Source: Trypanosoma brucei
Taxonomy: Eukaryota
Length of the DNA: 64,000 nucleotides
Assembly (NCBI GenBank): GCA_000002445.1
Contig: CH464491.1
Span: 320,001 to 384,000, forward strand
Direction of reading: 5' to 3'
A model generated the notes under the pieces. It made no database searches. It had not been told where the DNA came from and worked only from the letters and a program-made list of their open reading frames with translations. Of this stretch, positions 54,891 through 64,000 are shown piece by piece (positions within the stretch are counted from its first letter, which is position 1; every line of letters starts with the position of its first letter). The position numbers and the translations under genes are program-made.

Positions 54891-55868
54891 ATGCGCTTTG
54901 TTCCACCTTTCCTTGCGGGTGCAGCACTCGCAACTTACTACCGACCTCTGGACAAGTCGAAATCTGCATATTGCTACGCGAGTATTGAAAATGCCTTACA
55001 CTTTCAACCTAAACCAAAGCCCGGAAAAGTTTTTTCCCAACGATACCAACCGTATACCCTTGGGGATGTTGTTCCGATAACACATGACACTGCTCTTTTT
55101 CGTTTCCTTATTGATGGAAATGAAGAGTTTAACCTAAAGCCATGCTCCACACTACAGGCATGCTACAAATATGGCGTGCAACCTATGGATCAATGCCAGC
55201 GCTTCTACACTCCTGTGACGGCTAATCACACGAAAGGTTATTTCGATATTATTGTGAAGCGCAAGCAAGGGGGACTCATGACAGAGCATTTATTTGGTAT
55301 GCACATAGGAGATAAACTTCTGTTTCGATCAGTCACATTCAAACTGCAGTATCGTCCGAATAGGTGGAAACACGTGGGAATGATAGCGGGTGGCACTGGG
55401 TTCACTCCAATGTTGCAAATCATCCGTCATTCGCTCCAGGAAGAATGGGACAACGGTATGGTTGATCGGACTAAATTATCTTTTCTTTTCTGTAACCGAA
55501 CGGAGAGACACATTTTGTTGAAGGGACTCTTTGATGATCTCGCACAAAAGTATTCCAATCGTTTTAAGGTATATTACACAATTGATCAGGCTGTCGAGCC
55601 TGACGTATGGCCGCACTACACCGGACTCGTAACAAAAGAGATGGTGCATGAGACCATGCCGGCACCGAATGAGGAAAAAAAGATTATATTATTGTGTGGT
55701 CCCGATCAGCTGTTGAATCATGTCGCTGGAACACCAATGGGAACAATGAACACCATGTCGAGTGGAATGAATATCCAACCGATGGCACCAGACCTCAATA
55801 ATTTAGTAAATCTTGGGGGGATATTAGGGGAACTCGGGTACTCCAATGATGAAGTTTATCGCTTCTAA
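54891..55868 (+). CDS. NADH-cytochrome b5 reductase-like FAD/NAD oxidoreductase.
   Basis: It has the FAD motif RFYTPVT (RxYTP), the NAD(H) motif GGTGFTPM and CGPDQLL (CGPxxM). The N-terminal hydrophobic anchor is MRFVPPFLAGAALATYY. Confidence 0.8.
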   Translation: MRFVPPFLAGAALATYYRPLDKSKSAYCYASIENALHFQPKPKPGKVFSQRYQPYTLGDVVPITHDTALFRFLIDGNEEFNLKPCSTLQACYKYGVQPMDQCQRFYTPVTANHTKGYFDIIVKRKQGGLMTEHLFGMHIGDKLLFRSVTFKLQYRPNRWKHVGMIAGGTGFTPMLQIIRHSLQEEWDNGMVDRTKLSFLFCNRTERHILLKGLFDDLAQKYSNRFKVYYTIDQAVEPDVWPHYTGLVTKEMVHETMPAPNEEKKIILLCGPDQLLNHVAGTPMGTMNTMSSGMNIQPMAPDLNNLVNLGGILGELGYSNDEVYRF

Positions 55869-56810
55869 TAATAACAACAAAAAATAATAGGAAACGAGAA
55901 TGTTTGATGAACAAAAAAGTAAATAGGGGGAGACTGCATGGTTTTTACTCATGCTTACACGCGTGAAGTAGCGCATACGGAAAAACGATATTTATTCCCT
56001 TTACTTTTCCTCTCGTCACGTGCTTGATCCTGCATAGTTTCCGTTTTTTGTTCTTTTCATTTAAGATTTTGTCTCCCTGTACAACATGGCGGATGATACT
56101 ATAGCGGCCGACACTATGGGGTTTTTTTTTACGAGAATACATATTTGTTATTGATTTATTTGGTTTATATATATATATATATATTAGTTCCACTTCACCT
56201 CCAAAAGTACCGGCATTTCTTCGAGGCAGTGGCACTAAGTTAAATCCATTGGGTTTTGTAATCGTTCGATGCAGAAATGGTTCAATTTAAAAGGACCCTT
56301 TTCTCTATATCGTCTTTTTTTACCCTCCACCTTTCAGTCGCGTCATTTCGTCGCATGCGAAGGGGAGTTATAAATATAAATATATATATCGCCATTTTTA
56401 ATTGCTTTACTTTTTCGCAACTCCATCCTTTTTACCATTTCATTTTGTTTCTTGCGCCCCAATCGGTATTAACATGAACAAGTAGTTGCGAGAAGGAAAA
56501 GGGAGAGATATATACAGAGAAAGAGCGGCAGCAACAGCGGTGGTAGACATTCCTGGGGGGAAATATATATATATATATATTACACTTCGCTGTCATTTGT
56601 TTTGTTGTCACCACCGTCATCTCCATCATTCCCTTTTTCAACTTTGTTTTTGTTTTTGCTGTTACTGAGATAATAAATTTACGTACACTTACAAAATAGG
56701 GGATACAAAAAAAAAAACTTCCTCTACTGCGGGGTTAGATAGAGGACAAAGTAGGAAATAGAATCTTTTTTAAAAAAAAAAGAAAGAAGAGGATAGATAA
56801 ATAGTTTGCA

Positions 56811-57419
56811 ATGCTTCGTCGCACGTCGTTTAATTTCACAGGGCGTGCGATGATTTCGCGCGGCAGCCCCGAGTGGTCGCATCGTTTGGATCTCAAGAAG
56901 GGGAAAAAGACGACAATGATGCACAAACTTGGCACCAGTAAACCCAATAATGCATTGCAGTATGCACAAATGACTTTACACGACCTTACGGAGTGGTGCC
57001 TCGCTTACTCGCCGTGGCCTCTCACCTTCGGTTTGGCATGTTGCGCCGTAGAAATGATGCATGCATATGCTTCTCGGTATGATTTGGATCGTTTTGGTAT
57101 TGTACCGCGTCCAACACCCCGTCAAGCAGAAATTATTATTGTCTCCGGCACTGTGACAAATAAAATGGCTCCAATCTTGCGGAACATATATGTTCAAATG
57201 GTGAACCCCAAGTGGGTTATTTCCATGGGAAGCTGCGCTAACGGTGGTGGTTACTATCACTTCTCCTACGCCGTGCTCCGAGGCTGTGAAAGAGCAATAC
57301 CAGTTGATTTCTGGATTCCCGGTTGCCCTCCTTCAGCGGAAAGTCTTGTCTTTTGCTTGCATACATTACAGAAGAAAATACGCTGGCACGAAATTCAAAA
57401 GTATTCTGTTCGAGATTAA
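56811..57419 (+). CDS. NDUFS7: NADH:ubiquinone oxidoreductase 20 kDa subunit (NDUFS7/PSST/NuoB) with an N-terminal mitochondrial presequence.
   Basis: It has the motifs [25 protein letters not shown] and GCPP (N2 cluster Cys ligands). The presequence is [19 protein letters not shown]. Confidence 0.9.
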   Translation: MLRRTSFNFTGRAMISRGSPEWSHRLDLKKGKKTTMMHKLGTSKPNNALQYAQMTLHDLTEWCLAYSPWPLTFGLACCAVEMMHAYASRYDLDRFGIVPRPTPRQAEIIIVSGTVTNKMAPILRNIYVQMVNPKWVISMGSCANGGGYYHFSYAVLRGCERAIPVDFWIPGCPPSAESLVFCLHTLQKKIRWHEIQKYSVRD

Positions 57420-58071
57420 AGAATCATGGTACAATAGGAGTTTCTATTTTTGGTGTGCATATGTGTTTGTGTGTGTGTCACCCGATAGAAAAGATTTACA
57501 TCGTTACGGCCGTTGGCAAATTAGCGGCAGGCGTCTGCGGGAAATCAAATCCCTCTTTTTCTCCGTCCTTTTTTGACTTTTCCCTTTCCTTCTTTTGTTT
57601 TGGATCAGGGGATGGTGTTCCATTCTTTTGTTCATGCTCAGAAAACTTACTGAACCGGAAAAGGAAAGAAAAAAGGGGGAATAAGTGGAGGTCCATAGGT
57701 TATTATAAGTTGCAACTGCATGTGTGTGCGTTTCACGGTTATTGGTGAGTCGTGAGTTAGTGACGTTAGTTAATTGTTTTTGCGACGGAAGAGTATTCGT
57801 GTGTAACTGCTAAACTACCTTCATTATTCGTTAGCGATATAATATCACCGCTCCTGTTGTCAAACAATGTATTTTCTCTCTTTCCCTCTCTCCCTACTGC
57901 CACTGTTTCCACACTCTTTCACCCCCTTTCCCCTTAATCTTGCATTTATTTCTTAACTGCAAGTAGTTTCAGTATCATTTCTATCGTGTTAAAGCCATCA
58001 CTTAAACGAAAATCAAACGTAACGGTCGCAACTGAGAAGTAACACATCATCATTTACGGGAACGAAAGGAG

Positions 58072-58407
58072 ATGTCCGCGAAGATGTGCCACGTCGTCAT
58101 GTTTGCTCTCGACGCAACGAAGTTCGCCGCCAATCTTCCGGGTTCCGAGTTGCAGCGGCACCTGAAATTACTTCGCGAAACAGTTCCGGGTTTGCTCGAA
58201 ATTAATATGGGCCCAACTGGAACGGATCTTTTTCCCGGTTATGTGGATTGCAGCGGTGGTTTTACTCATTGCCTTGTCTCAAAGCACACAGATGTAAAGG
58301 CACTGCAGGAATATGTGGCGCATCCGAACCACGTCACGTTTGCGGAATTACTAAAGGCCTCATATTCCAAACCTCCCATCCGTGTGGACTTTGAGCTGAA
58401 GGAGTGA
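58072..58407 (+). CDS. Dabb-type stress-responsive dimeric alpha/beta-barrel protein.
   Basis: 111 aa. HVVMFAL...GFTHCLVSKHTDVKALQEYVAHPNHVTFAELL matches the Dabb family pattern (HVLLFKF...GFTHIFESTFES.EAVAEYIAHPAHVEF). Confidence 0.7.
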   Translation: MSAKMCHVVMFALDATKFAANLPGSELQRHLKLLRETVPGLLEINMGPTGTDLFPGYVDCSGGFTHCLVSKHTDVKALQEYVAHPNHVTFAELLKASYSKPPIRVDFELKE

Positions 58408-58570
58408 TAATTTGTCCCTTAGTGGTGCCAGGCATGAGGAAGAAGAGGGAGTGAAGGCACAAAAGGCAAAACGAAACACAACACAACAAAGGGTTTTGTC
58501 CCCACTTCTGAGACACGAAATGCAGCCTGCTTCTTCATTCATTCAATCACCTTAACTACATATATATATA

Positions 58571-58571
<1 letters not shown>

Positions 58572-58601
<30 letters not shown>
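58572..58601. repeat. (GT)n microsatellite.
   Basis: gtgtttgtgtgtgtgtgtgtgtgtgtgtg seen directly. Similar (GT)n/(CA)n tracts occur at 44145-44166, 51197-51212 and 59563-59576. Confidence 0.95.
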
Positions 58602-58602
<1 letters not shown>

Positions 58603-59620
58603 GGTTTTCTTCCTTCAGCTCTTCATTTTATTTTGCAGGCGTTTATCGCGGTCATTTCTTCCCCCTCCCCTTTTCATCCTCCGGTGTGCGGCGTAAAAGG
58701 CAAGTAAGCTGCAAGGAATGCAATTATCAACCGCTAACTTAAAGTGTTGGAGTGAGCCCGAGTGGTTTCGTTTTGATATTGTTGGGGCGTAATGTTTGCG
58801 GTTGGTAATGAATAAAATGAAGTGAATGGGAAGAAGGTTTTATTATTTGAATTCCAGAGGGGATGGAGGAATAAATTATGGTTTTGCTCATTTTCAGTGT
58901 TGGCAGCACTGTGCACGTGTGTAGGGATATGCAGGCAGATATATGTTATTTGTAACACTTACCTCGTACTGAATGTGTGGCACCGCATCCTATTTTGTTT
59001 CCTCTTCTTGTTGTTTCATTGAACCTTTTATTTTATATCAACTAACAAAAATCAGATTTAGCAAAAAAAATTGGGGGAAAGTGAGGAGAAAATAGAATTG
59101 TGGTTGTGTGTATACCTTAAGCAGAAGGTATATACAGTTTTATAGTAATTTCTAAGTGTAATAGTGTTAGAGGGGAAGGGACAAGTGGTGTCACAGAGGA
59201 AACCACGTAAGCAAGGGGAACGTGGGCTTTTGCGTGCTGTTGAAGTAAAGCCTCAGCACAAAAAAGAAAAACCCACCCAACCTACGGACTTACTGTGCCT
59301 TGATTTGCGAACAAAAGCATAGTGGATATCAACCGCTGCTCGCTCACGAATCTGGCAGAGCAATTCCTCCCCGTGCAAAACCCAGTCATCATTAGTTCCA
59401 AAGTGTTCGTATTAAAAAGGATACTTAGCCCACTTTTGGTGCACTGTTACACACATAGTTATATATACTTACACATATTTGTTTATTGATCATACACATC
59501 CAGTCGGCGTGAGTCCGACTAAAAATAGAATTTGAGTTACACAACCAAACACACACACACACATATATATATATACACACAAAGTTATATCACATTTTTC
59601 TCCTACACGCAGCTCCGTCA

Positions 59621-62600
59621 ATGAGTTCTGTGAGGCTTCTACTTGGTCAGGTGATGCACATCACTCCGTCGAGTGTTATTTTCTCTGCTGATGAAGTGGA
59701 CACACTTGACTTTCAGACAGTGAGCACCATTCCGAAAGCACACCGGGACTTTGTTCAAAAAAATGGACTCATTGCGAAGGTTATGCTCTCAGTGACATCA
59801 AAAATAACGAGCTGGAGCACACGGGAGGAGCGACAAAAGATTTGGTGGGACGCACTGACGAGCACTGGGCTCGTCAGGTCCAAAGCGACCACCGTTGAGG
59901 TGCCAACTAACCTGAGCGGTGTGTTTTGGCCCATTATAGACGATGAACAATTGATGATATATGCCGATGCGGCGATAAAGCGCCATGCGAATCTGAAACT
60001 TAATGAGTGCCCTTACGTTGTTCCAGTTTTATATGCGCAGCAAATATTTTATAAGTGCCAGGAGGTCAAGGGGACGCTTTGTGTAGTTTGGATGCCGAAA
60101 TGTAGGTACAACTTGGCTCACTGGACTAAGGTGCAAGTGCCCAGACGGTTCATCCCCGAATCTGTACTATACAAACTTATATACGACATCACCAATGCTC
60201 TAATTTTCCTTCGCGATGTTTGTGTGGAGTATCCAGCCTGTATCTCCATGGAAGACATCCTCGTCGGAGGAGTTAGTGATGCGGAACCATCTTTTTTGTT
60301 GAACACATTAACCAGTAGACCAACCTGCAATCAGAGCGAGGCGAACAGCAGATCGTCGTCCACGGTGCTTTTCGCACCTGAGTTGTTGATTCAACCTTGC
60401 AAATTGCTTACCAACTCGGCTTGTAATGTTTGGTCGCTGGGGATGATCGCTTACCAAATTGCATCGGGACTACCTAGCGAGGAAAGTAAAGCACATCTTA
60501 TGGGGACACGCCACGCGGCAGGTGAGATGATGCTTAATCATTATCGATTGAAACCAAGCGATGTTGTACTTCGTGTGCGGGCAGTACTGCAGGCGGGTTC
60601 TTACAACAACCCGTTTATTCACCTCCTGCTTCTTATGCTAGGTCAGGACCCACACACGCGACCAACACCCTATGTGGTCTATGAAATGCTCCGTGATATT
60701 ATGCGTTTCAAGCCTGTCATTCGCTTCCCGTTTGCCATTGGACCCTTCACTCTGGTGCACTTGTGGTCGGATGACAAAATAGCAGTCGATCCAGTACAGC
60801 GGCGGTACGATACAGAGGCTACCTGTATCGTATGCAACGAAAGCCGCAGCAATTTGATGTGCGGGGACAATGAGCACACGTCTGCACTGTGTTCACCCTT
60901 GTGGTCCGCGGAGGAGCCGCTTCCGGGGTACGCAGTAGCTCGTGAAACTTCCATGACTTACTTGTATCCCATGCTTGGGAGATTGGACAAAAAAGCGCAG
61001 CGGCGGTACATCGATGCAGCATTACGTGGCGACAAAATGAATAGAGGCAGCTTGCTTCAACTGCTCGGTGGTTTCGCTTTGTTGAAACCCAATGAGGGGA
61101 AAAGTGCTGTGGCTCACGACGTGATGATTCCTTTACCTAATGGTGTTCTTCATAAGGATGAAAAAGTCGCAGTGGCTGCGGAACTCAATTTCACCGCGGC
61201 ACTGCCGTGGCCTTCGCAGTGCACTTTCAAACTCCAGCAGGAGGGGAGAATACAGTGGTCCATACCTGGGTTATTCGGCTTCTCCAATGCCCGTTGGTAT
61301 GCGTGGATATTACCGGGAGAGAAGCTGGAGTTGAATGGGGAACCGTGGGTACCGGCCCCTGATGGTGCTTTCGTGTTTTGGTTTAACGAAAGTCTACAAC
61401 CCTCAGAGTATGATCGGTATTTCGTTGTCTGCAGTGTCCTCTCCTTGACGTGGCAGGCGAAAATGAAGAGCAACGTGCTTCCCGACCACGTCTTCAAGAG
61501 AAAGGGTGATGTCGGTGGTTTGACACCCAGCAACGGATCTGAGGGCGGTTTCTCAAGCTGTACAACATCCCACAACGGCGAAGGGTCGGCGGAACGTCAC
61601 TCCAAAAAAGATGTGGACGGTGTGAACAAAAGTGGTCGTAGCGCGTTAGGGCAACGCTCTGTGAACTCGTTGCTCAATCTCCCCAAAGTTGGGGATCTGC
61701 AGTGCACAAAGGGAGATGGTATATTGCCCGCCCGGAGGCAGGTGAGTAGCACTGCAAATACCACCTCATCATCATCCAACTCTTGTGATTCTGATAACTC
61801 AAATCCTAACCACCGACGGCCTCCGAGGCGTGGAAGTGCGGTTGTGCGCATGGACTATGTGGATGATGTTGTGCCGGATATGATTTTTGATGGCACAGGG
61901 GAGACAAACAGCAAAGGGCAGCCGCTGCAACCTCAGCAGCGAAACGGGGTTACCGGACACCGATCAAACTCAACAGAAGGTATCATATCTGTACTTCATA
62001 GGAGTGAAGACGGGATGGCTTGTTCCACACCTCGTGAGCCAACGTACCCTCGAGAGAGACCTCAGGGCAGGCACATAAACCCTCAACCAACCGAACCAAC
62101 GGCTAACCCCCGTCCTCCACCTCCGAATAATTCCCCCGGAAGACGTCAACGGCACGAAGGTGAGGGCAAGTTTGGTCGACTACCAAGTGGAATGGTTACA
62201 ACACCAACCCTCTCCAAATCACCATCCGGATCCCGCTTCTCTGGTCGGCCATCATCGCCAAGCGCCGCGGATGTTAACCGGACGTTGTCACCGAAGGAGA
62301 GCGCAGTGCTTCAACAGAGTAAAACCGGATTCCCACTGCAATCGCCCCCATTACGTGTGTTTGGACGTTGGCATCCTCCGCGGCACATTGACGCGCCGTT
62401 TCAATCGCTTACATTCTGCACATCGTCAACTGCTGAGCATGGGACCTTATCGCCACCAGTGATGCTGTCGATGGGAGTCCGCACGGCCCTCCATGCTCCT
62501 GCCGCCGCAACTCACATGGCGTTCGCCGCCAATATTATGCCATTAGTTCGCCGAAATCATCCAAAGAGCTCTGCGGCACTTGTTGTTAAGGAAAACAATG

Positions 62601-63091
62601 CGCGAGACATCATCCCCCACCATGGTTTGGTGTTTTATGATGAAAAGGAGGAGGTAGTTGGTCTTTTGGCACTGCGATTCGCCCTGACAAGATCTCCGGA
62701 CATCACTACAGGAGAAATGCTTCTTCCAATAAGGCTACTGCCGCCAGTTGTTGCGACAGCCGCCTTTAACGCGCAGTTGAATGCTGCTTATTTTACCGGT
62801 AATGCAGTTTTCCACAGTATCACACGCGTTGGGAGTGAAAGTGAAGTATTGCGTCACTCAGAGAGTCTCCAACACCTCGGAAACTTCGAAACTCTTTCGC
62901 CCTTATCTAAGAAACTAACCCTTTCAGGGGCGCGTTTCGGAGCAAGCGATGATCCACCGCACAAAGTAGTCTGCGGTGACGACGACGTCCTGCCGTTCTG
63001 TTGGATTGGTTTTGAAAACCAGTCGCGTATGTTGATGATTTCAGATGTGCATCGCCTCTCCTGGTATCCATTATACTTCACTGATGAATAA
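59621..63091 (+). CDS. Large protein with an N-terminal degenerate protein-kinase-like (pseudokinase) domain and a long Ser/Pro/Thr/Arg-rich low-complexity C-terminal region.
   Basis: The kinase-like fold motifs are KRHANLKLNE.PYVV..LYA...GTLCVVWMPKCRYNLAHW, ESVLYKLIYDITNALIFLRD and FAPELL...NVWSLGMIAYQIASG. The catalytic-loop HRD is replaced (YPACISMEDILVGG) and the DFG is replaced (LLNTLTS). Confidence 0.55.
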   Translation: MSSVRLLLGQVMHITPSSVIFSADEVDTLDFQTVSTIPKAHRDFVQKNGLIAKVMLSVTSKITSWSTREERQKIWWDALTSTGLVRSKATTVEVPTNLSGVFWPIIDDEQLMIYADAAIKRHANLKLNECPYVVPVLYAQQIFYKCQEVKGTLCVVWMPKCRYNLAHWTKVQVPRRFIPESVLYKLIYDITNALIFLRDVCVEYPACISMEDILVGGVSDAEPSFLLNTLTSRPTCNQSEANSRSSSTVLFAPELLIQPCKLLTNSACNVWSLGMIAYQIASGLPSEESKAHLMGTRHAAGEMMLNHYRLKPSDVVLRVRAVLQAGSYNNPFIHLLLLMLGQDPHTRPTPYVVYEMLRDIMRFKPVIRFPFAIGPFTLVHLWSDDKIAVDPVQRRYDTEATCIVCNESRSNLMCGDNEHTSALCSPLWSAEEPLPGYAVARETSMTYLYPMLGRLDKKAQRRYIDAALRGDKMNRGSLLQLLGGFALLKPNEGKSAVAHDVMIPLPNGVLHKDEKVAVAAELNFTAALPWPSQCTFKLQQEGRIQWSIPGLFGFSNARWYAWILPGEKLELNGEPWVPAPDGAFVFWFNESLQPSEYDRYFVVCSVLSLTWQAKMKSNVLPDHVFKRKGDVGGLTPSNGSEGGFSSCTTSHNGEGSAERHSKKDVDGVNKSGRSALGQRSVNSLLNLPKVGDLQCTKGDGILPARRQVSSTANTTSSSSNSCDSDNSNPNHRRPPRRGSAVVRMDYVDDVVPDMIFDGTGETNSKGQPLQPQQRNGVTGHRSNSTEGIISVLHRSEDGMACSTPREPTYPRERPQGRHINPQPTEPTANPRPPPPNNSPGRRQRHEGEGKFGRLPSGMVTTPTLSKSPSGSRFSGRPSSPSAADVNRTLSPKESAVLQQSKTGFPLQSPPLRVFGRWHPPRHIDAPFQSLTFCTSSTAEHGTLSPPVMLSMGVRTALHAPAAATHMAFAANIMPLVRRNHPKSSAALVVKENNARDIIPHHGLVFYDEKEEVVGLLALRFALTRSPDITTGEMLLPIRLLPPVVATAAFNAQLNAAYFTGNAVFHSITRVGSESEVLRHSESLQHLGNFETLSPLSKKLTLSGARFGASDDPPHKVVCGDDDVLPFCWIGFENQSRMLMISDVHRLSWYPLYFTDE

Positions 63092-64000
63092 GCATTGGTG
63101 TGATTGTTGCCGCTTGGGCGTAGATTTTTCTTTTCCTTTTTCCTTTTTTTTGTTTTTGAAGAGTATGAATCACTTCCTTCTTTTCGTCGATGATTTCTAT
63201 TATTCCCCATCCCTCCCTCGGTTGATTTTTTTTTTTACACCTGTACGTGTATAGTTTTTTTTTTAATTAACTTGTGTTACCGCAGTGAATGTTGTCAAGA
63301 ATGGGAAATATTATGAAGGGGAAAATGAATAAGCAACCTTCACTGTTTGGCTGGAGCAGTAAGGTGTACAACAAACATTTCCCAGTCTTTTTTTTTTCAT
63401 CGGATCCCCCCCCCATTTTTTGTGCCCGTTTGTGTCCGCCTTTCATGCAGAAACGAATTGAATAGCGGTAACTGTGCTTCACGGGAAAACAAGTAATGAA
63501 AGCTGAATAAAATGAATATTTCTCGTTTTGAGTTGTTTTTATGCTTTTATTTATCTCTTCGGGCAGGCATCCATTTTATTTCCTGCGTTTGTTTCCTTTT
63601 TTTGTCCGTGCCATTTCCCCCGTTCAGTCCCGAGGCTCCTCCGCGCTATCGCAGTAGATTTTCGTAGATCCACGTATTAATTTTCTTTCTGAATAATTAT
63701 TTTAACTATTTCCTCCTCATCTGCGCTACTCTAACACAAAAGGGCTTTCCACAAGTGAGTTGGTGCAGGAAATTCTCCTACAAATTATATATAATTGTAT
63801 ATAGTAGTTTCATTTCTACTATTTATTTTTTTTCCTATCGAAGTTTATTTTTTTTTTTGTTTCTGATGTGCATATCGCAGACATCAAACCCTTGTCTTGT
63901 ATTTGAAATTATGCATGGGGATCTATGTATCGGCGCACGCACGCACGCAAACACATGCACAAATACTATTTCCATTATTTGTTCTTATAGAGAGAAAGAA

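Noticed and set aside
1-64000. CRISPR arrays, operons, Shine-Dalgarno sites or other prokaryotic defence-system signatures.
   Set aside because: Gene structure, spacer composition and protein families (RSP3, CRK, HOPS, NDUFS7 with presequence) are eukaryotic (kinetoplastid). There are no direct-repeat/spacer arrays.

Overview
This window looks like a trypanosomatid nuclear chromosome segment, most plausibly from an African-trypanosome-like genome. The basis is ~22 intronless protein-coding genes all on the + strand, which fits one polycistronic transcription unit with no strand-switch region. Genes are separated by 1-4.5 kb of AT-, T- and pyrimidine-rich spacers with (TA)n, TnAn and (GT)n tracts, and poly-pyrimidine/AG motifs sit upstream of each CDS as expected for trans-splicing. 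No bacterial features (operons, CRISPR, RBS) are present. The 5' end holds two tandem calpain-like paralogues whose 3' ~660 nt are identical; the first is cut by a 100-N scaffold gap. The second paralogue carries ~15 degenerate 68-aa repeats followed by a catalytically dead calpain core (H49/ClpGM6-type cytoskeletal calpain-like architecture). Downstream genes are radial spoke protein 3, a VPS11/18-type RING tethering subunit, a Plus3 (Rtf1-like) protein, a CRK kinase, a RING+PHD protein, a LisH-CTLH-WD40 protein and a DNAAF3-like dynein assembly factor. Further on are a protein with repeated CTF[QR]P motifs, a charged coiled-coil protein, a polytopic membrane protein, a large protein with a mitochondrial-type presequence, a Cu+ P1B-ATPase and a small TM protein. 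The last stretch holds an RRM protein followed by ~4.5 kb of gene-free sequence containing AUUUA elements, then a ubiquilin/Dsk2 homologue, an NADH-cytochrome b5 reductase, complex I NDUFS7/PSST, a Dabb stress-responsive barrel protein and a large pseudokinase. Many ORF-track starts are non-ATG (TTG/GTG) and run through pyrimidine tracts; I re-set these to the first in-frame ATG. No tRNA, rRNA, transposon or CRISPR could be supported.
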